A stretch of DNA of 64,000 bases from a bacterium (GTDB taxonomy: Bacteria > Babelota > Babeliae > Babelales > GCA-2401785), in assembly GCA_023249975.1 (NCBI GenBank), contig JAHFBP010000007.1, positions 12,198-76,197 of the forward strand. Direction: 5' to 3'. A program made the position numbers and the translations under genes. This document shows, in pieces, positions 1 through 9,160 of the stretch. The notes beneath the pieces are model-generated. The model was not told the DNA's origin. It did not search any database and saw only the letters and a list, made by a program, of their open reading frames with translations. How positions within the stretch are numbered: position 1 is the stretch's first letter; each line of letters starts with the position of its first letter.

Positions 1-3000
1 AGCAATTTTTGTAAAAGTTTCATTGAGCTTGCAGCTTGATCATCATCGTGTACATCACTTCTAGAGTAATATTTAAGACAGGAAATCGCAAATGCAGGGC
101 CCTTCTCAGAGCGTTCAGCATATTCGAAAAGCATACTAGCTAGATCCACATAAGATTTTTTATTCCTTACATATTTTTCTGACATCACAAAATCAATCGC
201 CTCTTCAATATATTGTTGTTTTTGTACCAAGGCAGGGAATACGCTTATTGATATAGGTCCATATGTATCCGGATTGCCTTTTTCAATAATGTCTTTTACA
301 ATTTCATAGGCTTCTGTAAAAAACATTCCTTTTTTAACTAATTCAGACATAAGAAAAATACCCTTTTGCGCTATTACAGTCTCTGTAGACTTTACTGCAG
401 TTTGTGCAGCACTTAAAGCCTCCTTAAAAAATTGATCGTTTTTTACCAACTCCTCAAACCACTTGAGACCCTGAAAAGGGTTTGCAGTCATGTATTTTTG
501 GGCAACTTTCCAAATAACCCCAAACCCTTGTTTTTTTAACAACAATTGATCAATCAAGTTGCCTCCCAATTGCTTCACCCTTGCAATGCTACAATCAAGT
601 GCCTCCTGAGCAACCAGAGCAACTTCATTAAAATACAATGACTCATCTGGTTGCAAACTTGGTAAAAACATTTCTTGGTATACTTTGGGTTTTAATAATT
701 TCGATTGCATACGATCTGGTTGTTTTTCTGTAAGTCGCAATAAAAGATCCTTAATAGCAACTCTCATTGCAAGTGAAAAACCTTGGGTCCTAAAATCACT
801 TAGTCTGTTATTAATCATCTCATTGACGATATCTGGATTGTCAATCGGCAATGCAAAGAAATGTGCATATAAAAGACTTAACTTGTTCCTCAAATAATCC
901 ACAGGCTTTTTGTTAAGTTGATATAATCTTTGTGCAAGTAAAAAACTCAACGAATAGGGCACTACGAAATCAATTTTACGTTCTTGCAAAATGTCGTTAA
1001 GTTTTGCATCTTCGGCACTGCCAGATGCGTTAATTAACTTCAGTTGACCGTGCCCTGGACGAGTTGAAAATTGACATTCAATATTCGCCATAGCAACGTT
1101 AATGTTGCTATCAATACACATTGTATCATCAAAAATGATACCTTTTTCTTGCTCTTTATCCGCAGAAAGACTCCCCTTCGCACCTAATTTTTCACACAAT
1201 TTTGGAAAATATTTATTAATAAAATCAGGCAGCATGAATTCTTTTGCTAATCCGCCTTCACTCTCATCAAAAAGATTCAAATTAAGAATGTGACTGAGAA
1301 TAATAATCAGATTTTTTGTTCCAGCTTTAACTTCACAACCTTTTGCGTCAGGCTCAATAATTTTATATTTTTGTGCATCACAAAAAGCATCTAAATCTGT
1401 ATTACTATCTAAATCTTTGGTTGTAATTTTAATACATAAACAATCTTCAGTAGCTCTATCATCAGAAACAATGTGTTTATAAACAACATACGGAATATCA
1501 GAAACAACATGCAGCCACTCAGAATGAGCATCTGCAGTGTCTGCATCGCCAATTATTTTAAATCTTTGTAAAAAGCTTTTTACTGCTTCATGCACACTAG
1601 TTAGACCAAAATTAGTTTGTAATTTTTCGGAATTATACTGATTTGCTTCAGAATCATATGCAAATAAATTAATAAAATTCCGGATAGAGTTATCCATACA
1701 ATCGGGAAATTGACAATATTTATTCGGCTGACTATTGCCTGCATAATAATACTTTGAAAATAAAAATCCCACTGGTGCTGGAAATCCACGAATTTGCTCG
1801 TAGTTAAACATAAAGTCTTCATAATTATCACTGATGCTTTGCGTAACAGCCCCGAATTCTGTTGGCGCTAAAATTCTTTCAATTTCAGCAATGGCTTCTG
1901 ATTGTGTAACCGGTTCAAAAGACTCAATGTCCTCAGGCAACTGAACGCTCAATGCCTCATAATAGGCTTTAATTGCATTCAGATCTTCACCACATTTTTT
2001 CCACACAAATGCCTGAAAAATTAGTTGTACCATATATCCTGGATAAAGTGCGTCAGGATTTAATGGATCGCATTCACGCAATGCTTTTATTATTAATTCA
2101 TCAAATTGTATATTTTCTTTAACTACTGAACTTTTAAAAAGTTTCTTTAATTCTTTAGAAATTAAACTTGGTATTTTAAAAAACCTATAGACTTGAAAAA
2201 TGTCGGCAGAAATTCCTTCTTTATTACTCTTTTTTTCAACTACCGATATAAAACCAGCTCCATTATTTTCAAACATACTATCAATCCGCAAAAAAATACG
2301 CGCTAATTCATTTTTCTTATTAATTAATTCAGATTTTTTTTGTTCATGATCTACTCTTAAAGTCATAAATTCATTACACAATGCAAGCAACGTTCCCACA
2401 ATACCTGCGATAGCTAAATCGCTACGTGATTCAAGTTGTTTAGTTACCCCAAAATCAGCTTCTGTGGTCGACCCAGGAATACGATAAAATAATAGGTGAA
2501 TCAATTTAATAACGGCATGTGTTTTTTCAGAATTATTATATCGAGCAATTGTAGTACGAGCATTTTCACCCTCACCTTTAGTTTCATATTCTGGAAAAAT
2601 TTGACCAAAATCGTACATTCGGCGAATAATCCCAGATTTCCAAGCAATTTCTCCATGTACCAAAGCTAAATGACGATGTTCGGAATTGAGCTTCGCATAA
2701 ATTCCCTTGTTGGCATTCAAAGGCAACGGAATTTCATCGGCTACTTCGGCTACTGGAGTTTTTTCTGTAACTAATTCTCTCTCTTCTGGAACTTCGGCCA
2801 TATCTATTGGTTCTGTAACTAATTCTCTCTCTTCTGGAACTTCGGCCATATCTATTGGTAATGCATCTGGCTTGCCTGGTTTTTTTGGTAAAGCTCCTGC
2901 CCGACGTAAATATTCTGCCCCCAGTCCAGCAGCGACAACAGCTGTAGCTATTGATTTACGTGGGTTCGCCTTAACATATTTCAGACTTTTTTTGGCAAGC

Positions 3001-3149
3001 CCTTGTGGCTCATCTTCTGAGACAGCACCAGAAGCATGTTCCTTCTCTGGGGCTGTTTCAGAAGCCAAAATATTTGCGTCTAATGAAATGCCTGATATCA
3101 ACAATGAAATTGTAAAAATACGAAAGATAATTATTACTTCTTTTATCAT
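1..3149 (-). CDS. Large predicted secreted protein (>1049 aa, 3' end beyond window) with N-terminal signal/anchor and C-terminal helical repeats
   Basis: ATG at 3149 translates as MIKEVIIIFRIFTISLLISGISLDA...QGLAKKSLKYVKANPRKSIATAVVAAGLGAEYLRR...FPDCMDNSIRNFINLFAYD. It is absent from the ORF track, as expected if no in-frame stop occurs before the window edge. Confidence 0.85.
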   Translation of the reverse strand, partial: MIKEVIIIFRIFTISLLISGISLDANILASETAPEKEHASGAVSEDEPQGLAKKSLKYVKANPRKSIATAVVAAGLGAEYLRRAGALPKKPGKPDALPIDMAEVPEERELVTEPIDMAEVPEERELVTEKTPVAEVADEIPLPLNANKGIYAKLNSEHRHLALVHGEIAWKSGIIRRMYDFGQIFPEYETKGEGENARTTIARYNNSEKTHAVIKLIHLLFYRIPGSTTEADFGVTKQLESRSDLAIAGIVGTLLALCNEFMTLRVDHEQKKSELINKKNELARIFLRIDSMFENNGAGFISVVEKKSNKEGISADIFQVYRFFKIPSLISKELKKLFKSSVVKENIQFDELIIKALRECDPLNPDALYPGYMVQLIFQAFVWKKCGEDLNAIKAYYEALSVQLPEDIESFEPVTQSEAIAEIERILAPTEFGAVTQSISDNYEDFMFNYEQIRGFPAPVGFLFSKYYYAGNSQPNKYCQFPDCMDNSIRNFINLFAYDSEANQYNSEKLQTNFGLTSVHEAVKSFLQRFKIIGDADTADAHSEWLHVVSDIPYVVYKHIVSDDRATEDCLCIKITTKDLDSNTDLDAFCDAQKYKIIEPDAKGCEVKAGTKNLIIILSHILNLNLFDESEGGLAKEFMLPDFINKYFPKLCEKLGAKGSLSADKEQEKGIIFDDTMCIDSNINVAMANIECQFSTRPGHGQLKLINASGSAEDAKLNDILQERKIDFVVPYSLSFLLAQRLYQLNKKPVDYLRNKLSLLYAHFFALPIDNPDIVNEMINNRLSDFRTQGFSLAMRVAIKDLLLRLTEKQPDRMQSKLLKPKVYQEMFLPSLQPDESLYFNEVALVAQEALDCSIARVKQLGGNLIDQLLLKKQGFGVIWKVAQKYMTANPFQGLKWFEELVKNDQFFKEALSAAQTAVKSTETVIAQKGIFLMSELVKKGMFFTEAYEIVKDIIEKGNPDTYGPISISVFPALVQKQQYIEEAIDFVMSEKYVRNKKSYVDLASMLFEYAERSEKGPAFAISCLKYYSRSDVHDDDQAASSMKLLQKL
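2763..2858. repeat. Perfect 48-bp tandem duplication (2 copies) encoding PIDMAEVPEERELVTE x2
   Basis: 2763-2810 and 2811-2858 are identical; in frame within the minus-strand CDS. Confidence 0.9.
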
Positions 3150-3212
3150 ATACTTCTCATCAAATAGACTAAGAAAGTATAAAAAGCTTATGCACTAGCT
3201 CAAGGAGAATCA

Positions 3213-3761
3213 ATGAATACTACAATTTTGCCCTATCTATTTTTGATTGCATTCTCATTATCCACAAACACGCAGCCTCAAAATCTAACCATTGATCAAT
3301 ATGTCATTCAATTGGCTCTCAACAATCAATGCGGTTATCTTGTGCAAGAATCGCCTGAATATGAAAGTGTCTTTTATTCACAAAATATTGATCAAATTTT
3401 TGCACCACCATCTCCAGATCAAATTATACACTTTGCGATATTACTAGAAAAAACACTCGAAACAGAAACCTCTGCTGATCCTACATTACTATTTAATGTA
3501 AAAAAACAATCATTAAGTCCATTTCTCAATTGGATTAAACAATTAATTCAAAAAACTCAGCTCATAACCAAATCATATAAAGAATCGCAACTTCTTTTAC
3601 CTCCTATGGAAAAACATGAAGAATGGGGAATTACTAATTCGCGTAATTTTTTGCGATCAACCTTATTAAGCTTTAGTCAAGTCGCAAGCCTTTTGGAAAA
3701 AATTTACACCTTGTGTGCTCATAAATTACTATATCAATCAACTGTTGAAAGATTCTCATGA
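3213..3761 (+). CDS. Hypothetical protein with signal peptide
   Basis: 182 aa, AGGAG RBS, hydrophobic N-terminus; ATGA overlap with the next gene. Confidence 0.7.
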   Translation: MNTTILPYLFLIAFSLSTNTQPQNLTIDQYVIQLALNNQCGYLVQESPEYESVFYSQNIDQIFAPPSPDQIIHFAILLEKTLETETSADPTLLFNVKKQSLSPFLNWIKQLIQKTQLITKSYKESQLLLPPMEKHEEWGITNSRNFLRSTLLSFSQVASLLEKIYTLCAHKLLYQSTVERFS

Positions 3762-4447
3762 AAACATTTGGAATTATTGGACTCGGGAAAATGGGTGGTG
3801 GACTTGCGCTCCAAGCTCTGAAAAAGAAATTCCATGTCATGGGCTTTGACATTACGGCCCCCAATCCTGAATTGAAAAAAGTGGGACTGTATCTTGCTCA
3901 AAATCTTGAAACTTTTAAAAAACTTCCAAAACCACGTGCAATTTTTTTGTATGTTCCAGCTGGCACTGAAGTTGATGTCATTTTGCACAACCTCAGTGGC
4001 ATTCTTGATAAAGGTGACATAATTATTGATGGTGGAAATTCATACTGGGAAGATTCCATCAAGCGAGCACAGCTTCTGAAAGAAAAAGGTCTGCATTTCA
4101 TTGATTGCGGAACCAGTGGCGGCCCAGAAGGAGCGCTCAAAGGCGCTTGTTTTATGATCGGCGGTGAATCAGAACCGATTAAAAAAATTATGCCCATTTT
4201 GACCGAACTTGCTGCTCCAGAAGGAATTGTTATCACAGGAGCTTCTGGATCGGGACACTTTGTAAAACTCATTCACAATGGCATTGAATTTGGCATGCAA
4301 CAAGCCATTGAGGAAGGGATTGATTTGCTGTCGAGATTTAATCAATCACTCGATATACAAAAGATTTTGCACGCCTGGAATCATGGCTCAGTCATCAGGT
4401 CATGGCTCATTGAACTTATGGCAAAAAAGCATAGCGAAAACAAATAA
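3758..4447 (+). CDS. gnd: 6-phosphogluconate dehydrogenase (short YqeC/Gnd type), C-terminally truncated
   Basis: GLGKMG Rossmann motif, DGGNS, DCGTSGG, GHFVKLIHNGIEFG, WNHGSVIRSWL; stops at 229 aa versus about 300 aa typical. Confidence 0.8.
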   Translation: MKTFGIIGLGKMGGGLALQALKKKFHVMGFDITAPNPELKKVGLYLAQNLETFKKLPKPRAIFLYVPAGTEVDVILHNLSGILDKGDIIIDGGNSYWEDSIKRAQLLKEKGLHFIDCGTSGGPEGALKGACFMIGGESEPIKKIMPILTELAAPEGIVITGASGSGHFVKLIHNGIEFGMQQAIEEGIDLLSRFNQSLDIQKILHAWNHGSVIRSWLIELMAKKHSENK

Positions 4448-4524
4448 TTTTTGTGTACAAATAAAGAACCCGCCAGAAAAATTAATTCCAAGCGGGTTCA
4501 GATTTTTCTTATTTTTATTTAATT

Positions 4525-5262
4525 TTATTTCGCTGTGCCTTCCTGAACTTGAGCAAGAAGATCTTCGAGTTTTTTAGCATCGGCATCAGCGATGTCTGCT
4601 CGCTTCAATTCTTCATCTGCTGTATTTTTTATATCTTGAGTATTTGTCATAATTGCATGCTCTTCATGGTCAGCAACAACTGGCTGAACAGATTTACTCA
4701 TTTTGTTTTTTATCATGCCCATTGGATCGGCAGATGCTTTCTTCATATCTTGAACTTCAGCTTCAAAAGCCTTACCCATATTTTTGATAACATCATCAAC
4801 TGATTGCTTATTAATAATTGCTTGAGAAATTTGTGGGACCACTTTTTCCAAGTCCGTGGTCAATCCATTAAAATGTACTTGAGCATCTGTAACAAGATCA
4901 CCTGCTCCATGTTTGACCGAGCTCACATAATCCATAACCCGCTTTTTATATTCATCAAAAGCTTTATTTACTGCGGCAGAAAACTTTACATTATCAAAAT
5001 TTTTATCAATATACCCCGCAGATTTTTCATTATCATTGAGGGTAATGTCATCCACATACTTTTGGCCTTCTTTGATAACCTGAGCGCCCAAAGAATCAAG
5101 AGCTTTAAGAATAGACTGCCGATCAAAAATAAAATCACCTGATGTATTTACCGGAACTGACATCTCCTTCACTTCAGCCACAGAATCATCTTTTTTGGCG
5201 GAAAGCGATCCACATGCCACTAAAAGAGCTAAAAAGAGTACTTTTTCAAAATTTTTCATCAT
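4525..5262 (-). CDS. Hypothetical secreted helical protein
   Basis: MKNFEKVLFLALLVACGSLSA signal peptide; GAGG RBS. Confidence 0.75.
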   Translation of the reverse strand: MMKNFEKVLFLALLVACGSLSAKKDDSVAEVKEMSVPVNTSGDFIFDRQSILKALDSLGAQVIKEGQKYVDDITLNDNEKSAGYIDKNFDNVKFSAAVNKAFDEYKKRVMDYVSSVKHGAGDLVTDAQVHFNGLTTDLEKVVPQISQAIINKQSVDDVIKNMGKAFEAEVQDMKKASADPMGMIKNKMSKSVQPVVADHEEHAIMTNTQDIKNTADEELKRADIADADAKKLEDLLAQVQEGTAK

Positions 5263-5359
5263 AACCTCGTAAATACTGAACAATCCATGGAACTATCTCT
5301 AGATTATCAATAGATATATTCAGATTGCAATATTTTGTTTTTTTAATACAAGCCTCAAC

Positions 5360-6976
5360 CTATACCCTCAATGCGCCTCTGAGCCGATCATAAGCGACCA
5401 TTCGATTACCAATTGACTGAAATAATGGGCCTTCAATTTGCCAGGACAAAAGGTCAGCATTGTTTTTTATGCCGCTTGAAAATGTCACAATAACTCTGCG
5501 ATACCCATCTTTTTCGATACATCCACAATAAGCGTATCTATGATCTTTTTTGGAATAAACACCATCTTTAAGCACGCGAGCCGTGCCCGTTTTACCCATG
5601 GTCCTCATTCCATCAACCGGCCGACGACTGCCTAAATTTTCCAAAATCTTCTTCAGATCTTCAATAACTTCATCACGATACAATTGCTCGCCCTTTTCAT
5701 GCGGAGTAGAATCAAGAACTAAGCGTGGCTTGACCTCGTAACCACCATTGGCAACAATACACAACGCCTTTCCCAGCTGAAGCATGCTTGCCATAACCTC
5801 ATACCCAAACGACATGGCGATGGGAGATGAGTTACTCCACTTGCTCGGATGAAATACCGTGCCAGACCGTTCACCAGGATAGGTAATTCCCGTATGTGAT
5901 CCAAAACCAAGCCGAACCAAGTGGTCATACAATTTTGATCCCAAGCGAAGAGCTATTTTTGCCGTTCCGACATTACTTGATTTGGCTATAACATCTGAAA
6001 ATGAAAGAATTCCCAATGTACTCAAATTTTCAACCGCAAACCCTTTGAGGGTTGTTCCTTTTCCTTCACAATCGATTAACTCATCAATCGTCACAACTTT
6101 TTCATCCAATGCAGCAAGTGCAGTGAAAACCTTCATAACTGAACCGAGCTCAAAGCAATCATTAACAATGATATTGTGCGAATTTTTATCGGTATCTGGA
6201 AGATTCACCATACTCAAAATGTCACCGGTATCAGGATCCATAACCAAAGCACAACCTTGTTCAGCTTTAAATTTCTTCATGGATCGAGCAAGCTCATCGC
6301 ACACAATTGCTTGCAAGTTTTTGTCGATAGTCAAAGCAATCGTCTCACCTGGTTGACCAACATCAATCAATGTACGGTCAAACACTAATCCCTGACTGCG
6401 TGCATCACGAGCCAATTGATACTGCGCAGGAGAGCCCTTGAGCTGCCGATCATACAACAATTCAATCCCAGAAATTCCCTTATTATCAACATCAGTAGCC
6501 CCGAGTACCGCCGATGAAGCGGCACATGCCGTAAGCCGTGAGGGCTCTTTGATAAAATGAATCAGTCCATTGTCAAAACCGAGTCTCTTTATGCGCGCCA
6601 CTTCATGCGGCTTAATGTCGCGCTTAAGCCAAGCAAATTGTCCGTCAGGATTTTTTTCAATGCGATGAAACGTTGAAGGGTACCGATTTTTCAAAAACCG
6701 CATAAATTTTGTATTGTCACAACATTCTTTGGGAATAATAAATGCCGATAAATGTTCGTGATTAAATAACATTTCTCGTCCATGTCGATCGAGCACCGCA
6801 CCCCGCCGTGACTGCATGTCAACTTCAATATGATGCTGTTTTTTACCAAGATTGGCATAAAAATCTTGGTCCAAAATCTGAATATAAAAAAGACGTGCAA
6901 TGATGCATGAAAATAAGAGGCCAAAAAATATCATTCCATAAACTAATCGTACGCGAATATCGTGCTCTGAATTCAT
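5360..6976 (-). CDS. ftsI: Class B penicillin-binding protein (FtsI/PBP3-like)
   Basis: N-terminal TM, RG(A)VLDRHG, GISGIE, SxxK (GSVMK), SxN (SSNVG), KTG (GKTGT); directly downstream of an ftsL-like ORF. Confidence 0.85.
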   Translation of the reverse strand: MNSEHDIRVRLVYGMIFFGLLFSCIIARLFYIQILDQDFYANLGKKQHHIEVDMQSRRGAVLDRHGREMLFNHEHLSAFIIPKECCDNTKFMRFLKNRYPSTFHRIEKNPDGQFAWLKRDIKPHEVARIKRLGFDNGLIHFIKEPSRLTACAASSAVLGATDVDNKGISGIELLYDRQLKGSPAQYQLARDARSQGLVFDRTLIDVGQPGETIALTIDKNLQAIVCDELARSMKKFKAEQGCALVMDPDTGDILSMVNLPDTDKNSHNIIVNDCFELGSVMKVFTALAALDEKVVTIDELIDCEGKGTTLKGFAVENLSTLGILSFSDVIAKSSNVGTAKIALRLGSKLYDHLVRLGFGSHTGITYPGERSGTVFHPSKWSNSSPIAMSFGYEVMASMLQLGKALCIVANGGYEVKPRLVLDSTPHEKGEQLYRDEVIEDLKKILENLGSRRPVDGMRTMGKTGTARVLKDGVYSKKDHRYAYCGCIEKDGYRRVIVTFSSGIKNNADLLSWQIEGPLFQSIGNRMVAYDRLRGALRV

Positions 6977-7251
6977 AGTGCACCTCCACTAGACCGCATA
7001 TCAATCATCTGAGATGCACAAATTGGCGCAAACCCCTGCTCATGACGCAATGTATTTTGAACACTCATCGCATCAGTCAATTGTGCAACTTCAACCCTCA
7101 GTTGATTGCGAACTTTTTCACGCTTTTCATATTCACGTTCAAGCCGCTGCAGTTGGTAAAAAAGACGCATTGAACCATTGTGGCACGAAATTTTGAAAAA
7201 CATGCAGCACAAAAAAACCAACATAATGGCCGAAAATATTTTTTTCATCAT
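6973..7251 (-). CDS. FtsL-like cell division protein
   Basis: 92 aa, TM followed by coiled coil, overlaps the ftsI start. Confidence 0.55.
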   Translation of the reverse strand: MMKKIFSAIMLVFLCCMFFKISCHNGSMRLFYQLQRLEREYEKREKVRNQLRVEVAQLTDAMSVQNTLRHEQGFAPICASQMIDMRSSGGAL

Positions 7252-7255
7252 AACG

Positions 7256-8404
7256 TTATACCGATTTCATCGCGAAATACACCACATCAATCAATGTTGT
7301 TTTGTTGTACACCAAATAGACCTTGAGACAACAAAACAAGGCGATAGCCAAAGCTGCAAAAGCGATCATTTTTTTAGCAAGAGTTCGTAGCGATATAAAT
7401 GAACCAATAAAGGGTCGAACGCTATTTTTTCCGTGAAGCGAATAGATCGTATTGCTTTCATGCGTTTTAATCATATGCAAAACACTTTCAACACGAGCTG
7501 TCAGCATATAAAAAGCCGAAACTGATCCGTAAAAAAGCGCGGCCATCAACCATTGCTGCCATTTAAGCATATAAGGCCACATCAAACTTTCGGCAAGATA
7601 AATAACAAAAAATCCCATCATCTGCATCACATCATTCATCCAGGCACCTGGCTGAGGTAATTTTTTGAGAACTTCAGAAAATATCCCTGCAACTACCAAA
7701 ATAATCCCAAATCCACATGCAAAGCTGAACATAAGAATTGCCCCATAGACCGGATTATTCAGCTCTGCTACATATGAAAGTAATGAAATTAAAACAGGCG
7801 TTCGGCATACCGACGTCATAAATACGGAAAATGTCCCCAGTACAAAAGCGGAAAGATACGAGGTTTCTTTATAATATTTAAATGATGCAGCCCAATGCAA
7901 AAATGGAATGTCATAGAGTCCAAACATCGAAAGTGCTAGATAGAGCAAAAATATCACAAGCATCCCCACAACATAGGGATTGCCCATCCAGACGCCAAAA
8001 ATAAACCATAATGATGATGCAAAAAAGCCAATAATGGCATAAACAACTGCCCCGCCCAACACATAGGCGCAGGCAAGACCGATCACGCGCCTCATTGATT
8101 GAATTTGATGCAAATGAAGCACTCCAATAATAATTGGAATCATTGGATAAAAACATGGAGTCAAACTAATAAAAAACCCTGCCAAAAAGGTCATAATGAT
8201 CATGAACCATATTGACCGCGACTGATCACCCCCCAAAAATGAAACTTCTGCCTTACCCGAACTTATTGCTTGATTAAGAGTACTATGAGCAACATTTTCA
8301 ATCTGTTCAAAGGCTTTGGGCCGCACGGCAGCCATGACTGACGCTACCAACCCCAATCCAACACAAAGTCCAATCATTAAAACCCACAGTTTTGTCGTGT
8401 TCAT
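7256..8404 (-). CDS. DsbD/CcdA-family transmembrane thiol-disulfide electron transporter
   Basis: SLTPCFYPMIP motif, second Cys (SVCRTP), LPQPGAWM, multiple TM helices. Confidence 0.85.
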   Translation of the reverse strand: MNTTKLWVLMIGLCVGLGLVASVMAAVRPKAFEQIENVAHSTLNQAISSGKAEVSFLGGDQSRSIWFMIIMTFLAGFFISLTPCFYPMIPIIIGVLHLHQIQSMRRVIGLACAYVLGGAVVYAIIGFFASSLWFIFGVWMGNPYVVGMLVIFLLYLALSMFGLYDIPFLHWAASFKYYKETSYLSAFVLGTFSVFMTSVCRTPVLISLLSYVAELNNPVYGAILMFSFACGFGIILVVAGIFSEVLKKLPQPGAWMNDVMQMMGFFVIYLAESLMWPYMLKWQQWLMAALFYGSVSAFYMLTARVESVLHMIKTHESNTIYSLHGKNSVRPFIGSFISLRTLAKKMIAFAALAIALFCCLKVYLVYNKTTLIDVVYFAMKSV

Positions 8405-8598
8405 CTGACCTCAAACCATTTTTATAAGTACTCAGCTCTTCCACTTTACGATGGGCGACAGGTCAAAAACAAGCAAAAAAATGAGCTTTTTGCCTCAAAA
8501 CCCCACGGCTTAATTTACACTTTGAAATACTGTTGATTTTAATACCTACTTTTCTTTACAATAAAAGTATGAAATGTGCCTTTGGGGAGTTAGTGATT

Positions 8599-9066
8599 AT
8601 GATGAAAAAATTTATAGTATTCACCTTGGCCTTTTGTGCGCTCAGCAGCCCAGCACAAGGTGCTATGCAAACGTTACCTGAAGTTATGAGCGTCAGTGAT
8701 TTTTCCAAGTATCTGGTGCAATATCCGCACCTTATTGTCAAATTTGAACAACCTTACAATCCTCAACTGATACGTAACACTGCCGACGAAGAAACACTTC
8801 TGGATGATGCAACGTTTGAGTCTAACGCCAGCAAAGGGCTCAAGTTTGTCCGGATCAATGCTCTTGAATCTACGGCACTCAACAAAAAATACGCAATTAC
8901 CGCAACGCCCGTCTATCTGCTTTTCAAAGATGGAAAATTAGCCATCGACCTGCGCCCTGGCTCAGATCGTGTGCGCATTGAAGACCTGAAAGCTGCGGCC
9001 GATGAATTGATAAAAGCACCATTAGTTCAACCTATAGCCAAGCCAGCTACCGCGCCCGTTTCGTAA
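8599..9066 (+). CDS. Secreted thioredoxin-fold protein lacking CxxC
   Basis: Signal peptide; KFVRIN...KKYAITATPVYLLFKDGK thioredoxin signature; no CxxC. Confidence 0.6.
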   Translation: MMKKFIVFTLAFCALSSPAQGAMQTLPEVMSVSDFSKYLVQYPHLIVKFEQPYNPQLIRNTADEETLLDDATFESNASKGLKFVRINALESTALNKKYAITATPVYLLFKDGKLAIDLRPGSDRVRIEDLKAAADELIKAPLVQPIAKPATAPVS

Positions 9067-9085
9067 TTTAAAAAATTTAAAATTT

Positions 9086-9153
9086 ACTTCCCCGACCAAC
9101 AACAAGTCTGAAATCTTTCCCCCCTTTTTCAGATGAACGTTGGTCGGGGAAGT
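9086..9153. terminator. Long hairpin between convergent genes (probable bidirectional terminator)
   Basis: ACTTCCCCGACCAAC ... GTTGGTCGGGGAAGT perfect 15-bp arms with an inner TCTGAAA/TTTCAGA stem. Confidence 0.7.
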
Positions 9154-9160
9154 CGTTTTT

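Noticed and set aside
2707-3198. 163-aa + strand ORF with a repeated SVTNSLSSGTSAISIG
   Set aside because: Antisense shadow of the long minus-strand gene and its 48-bp duplication
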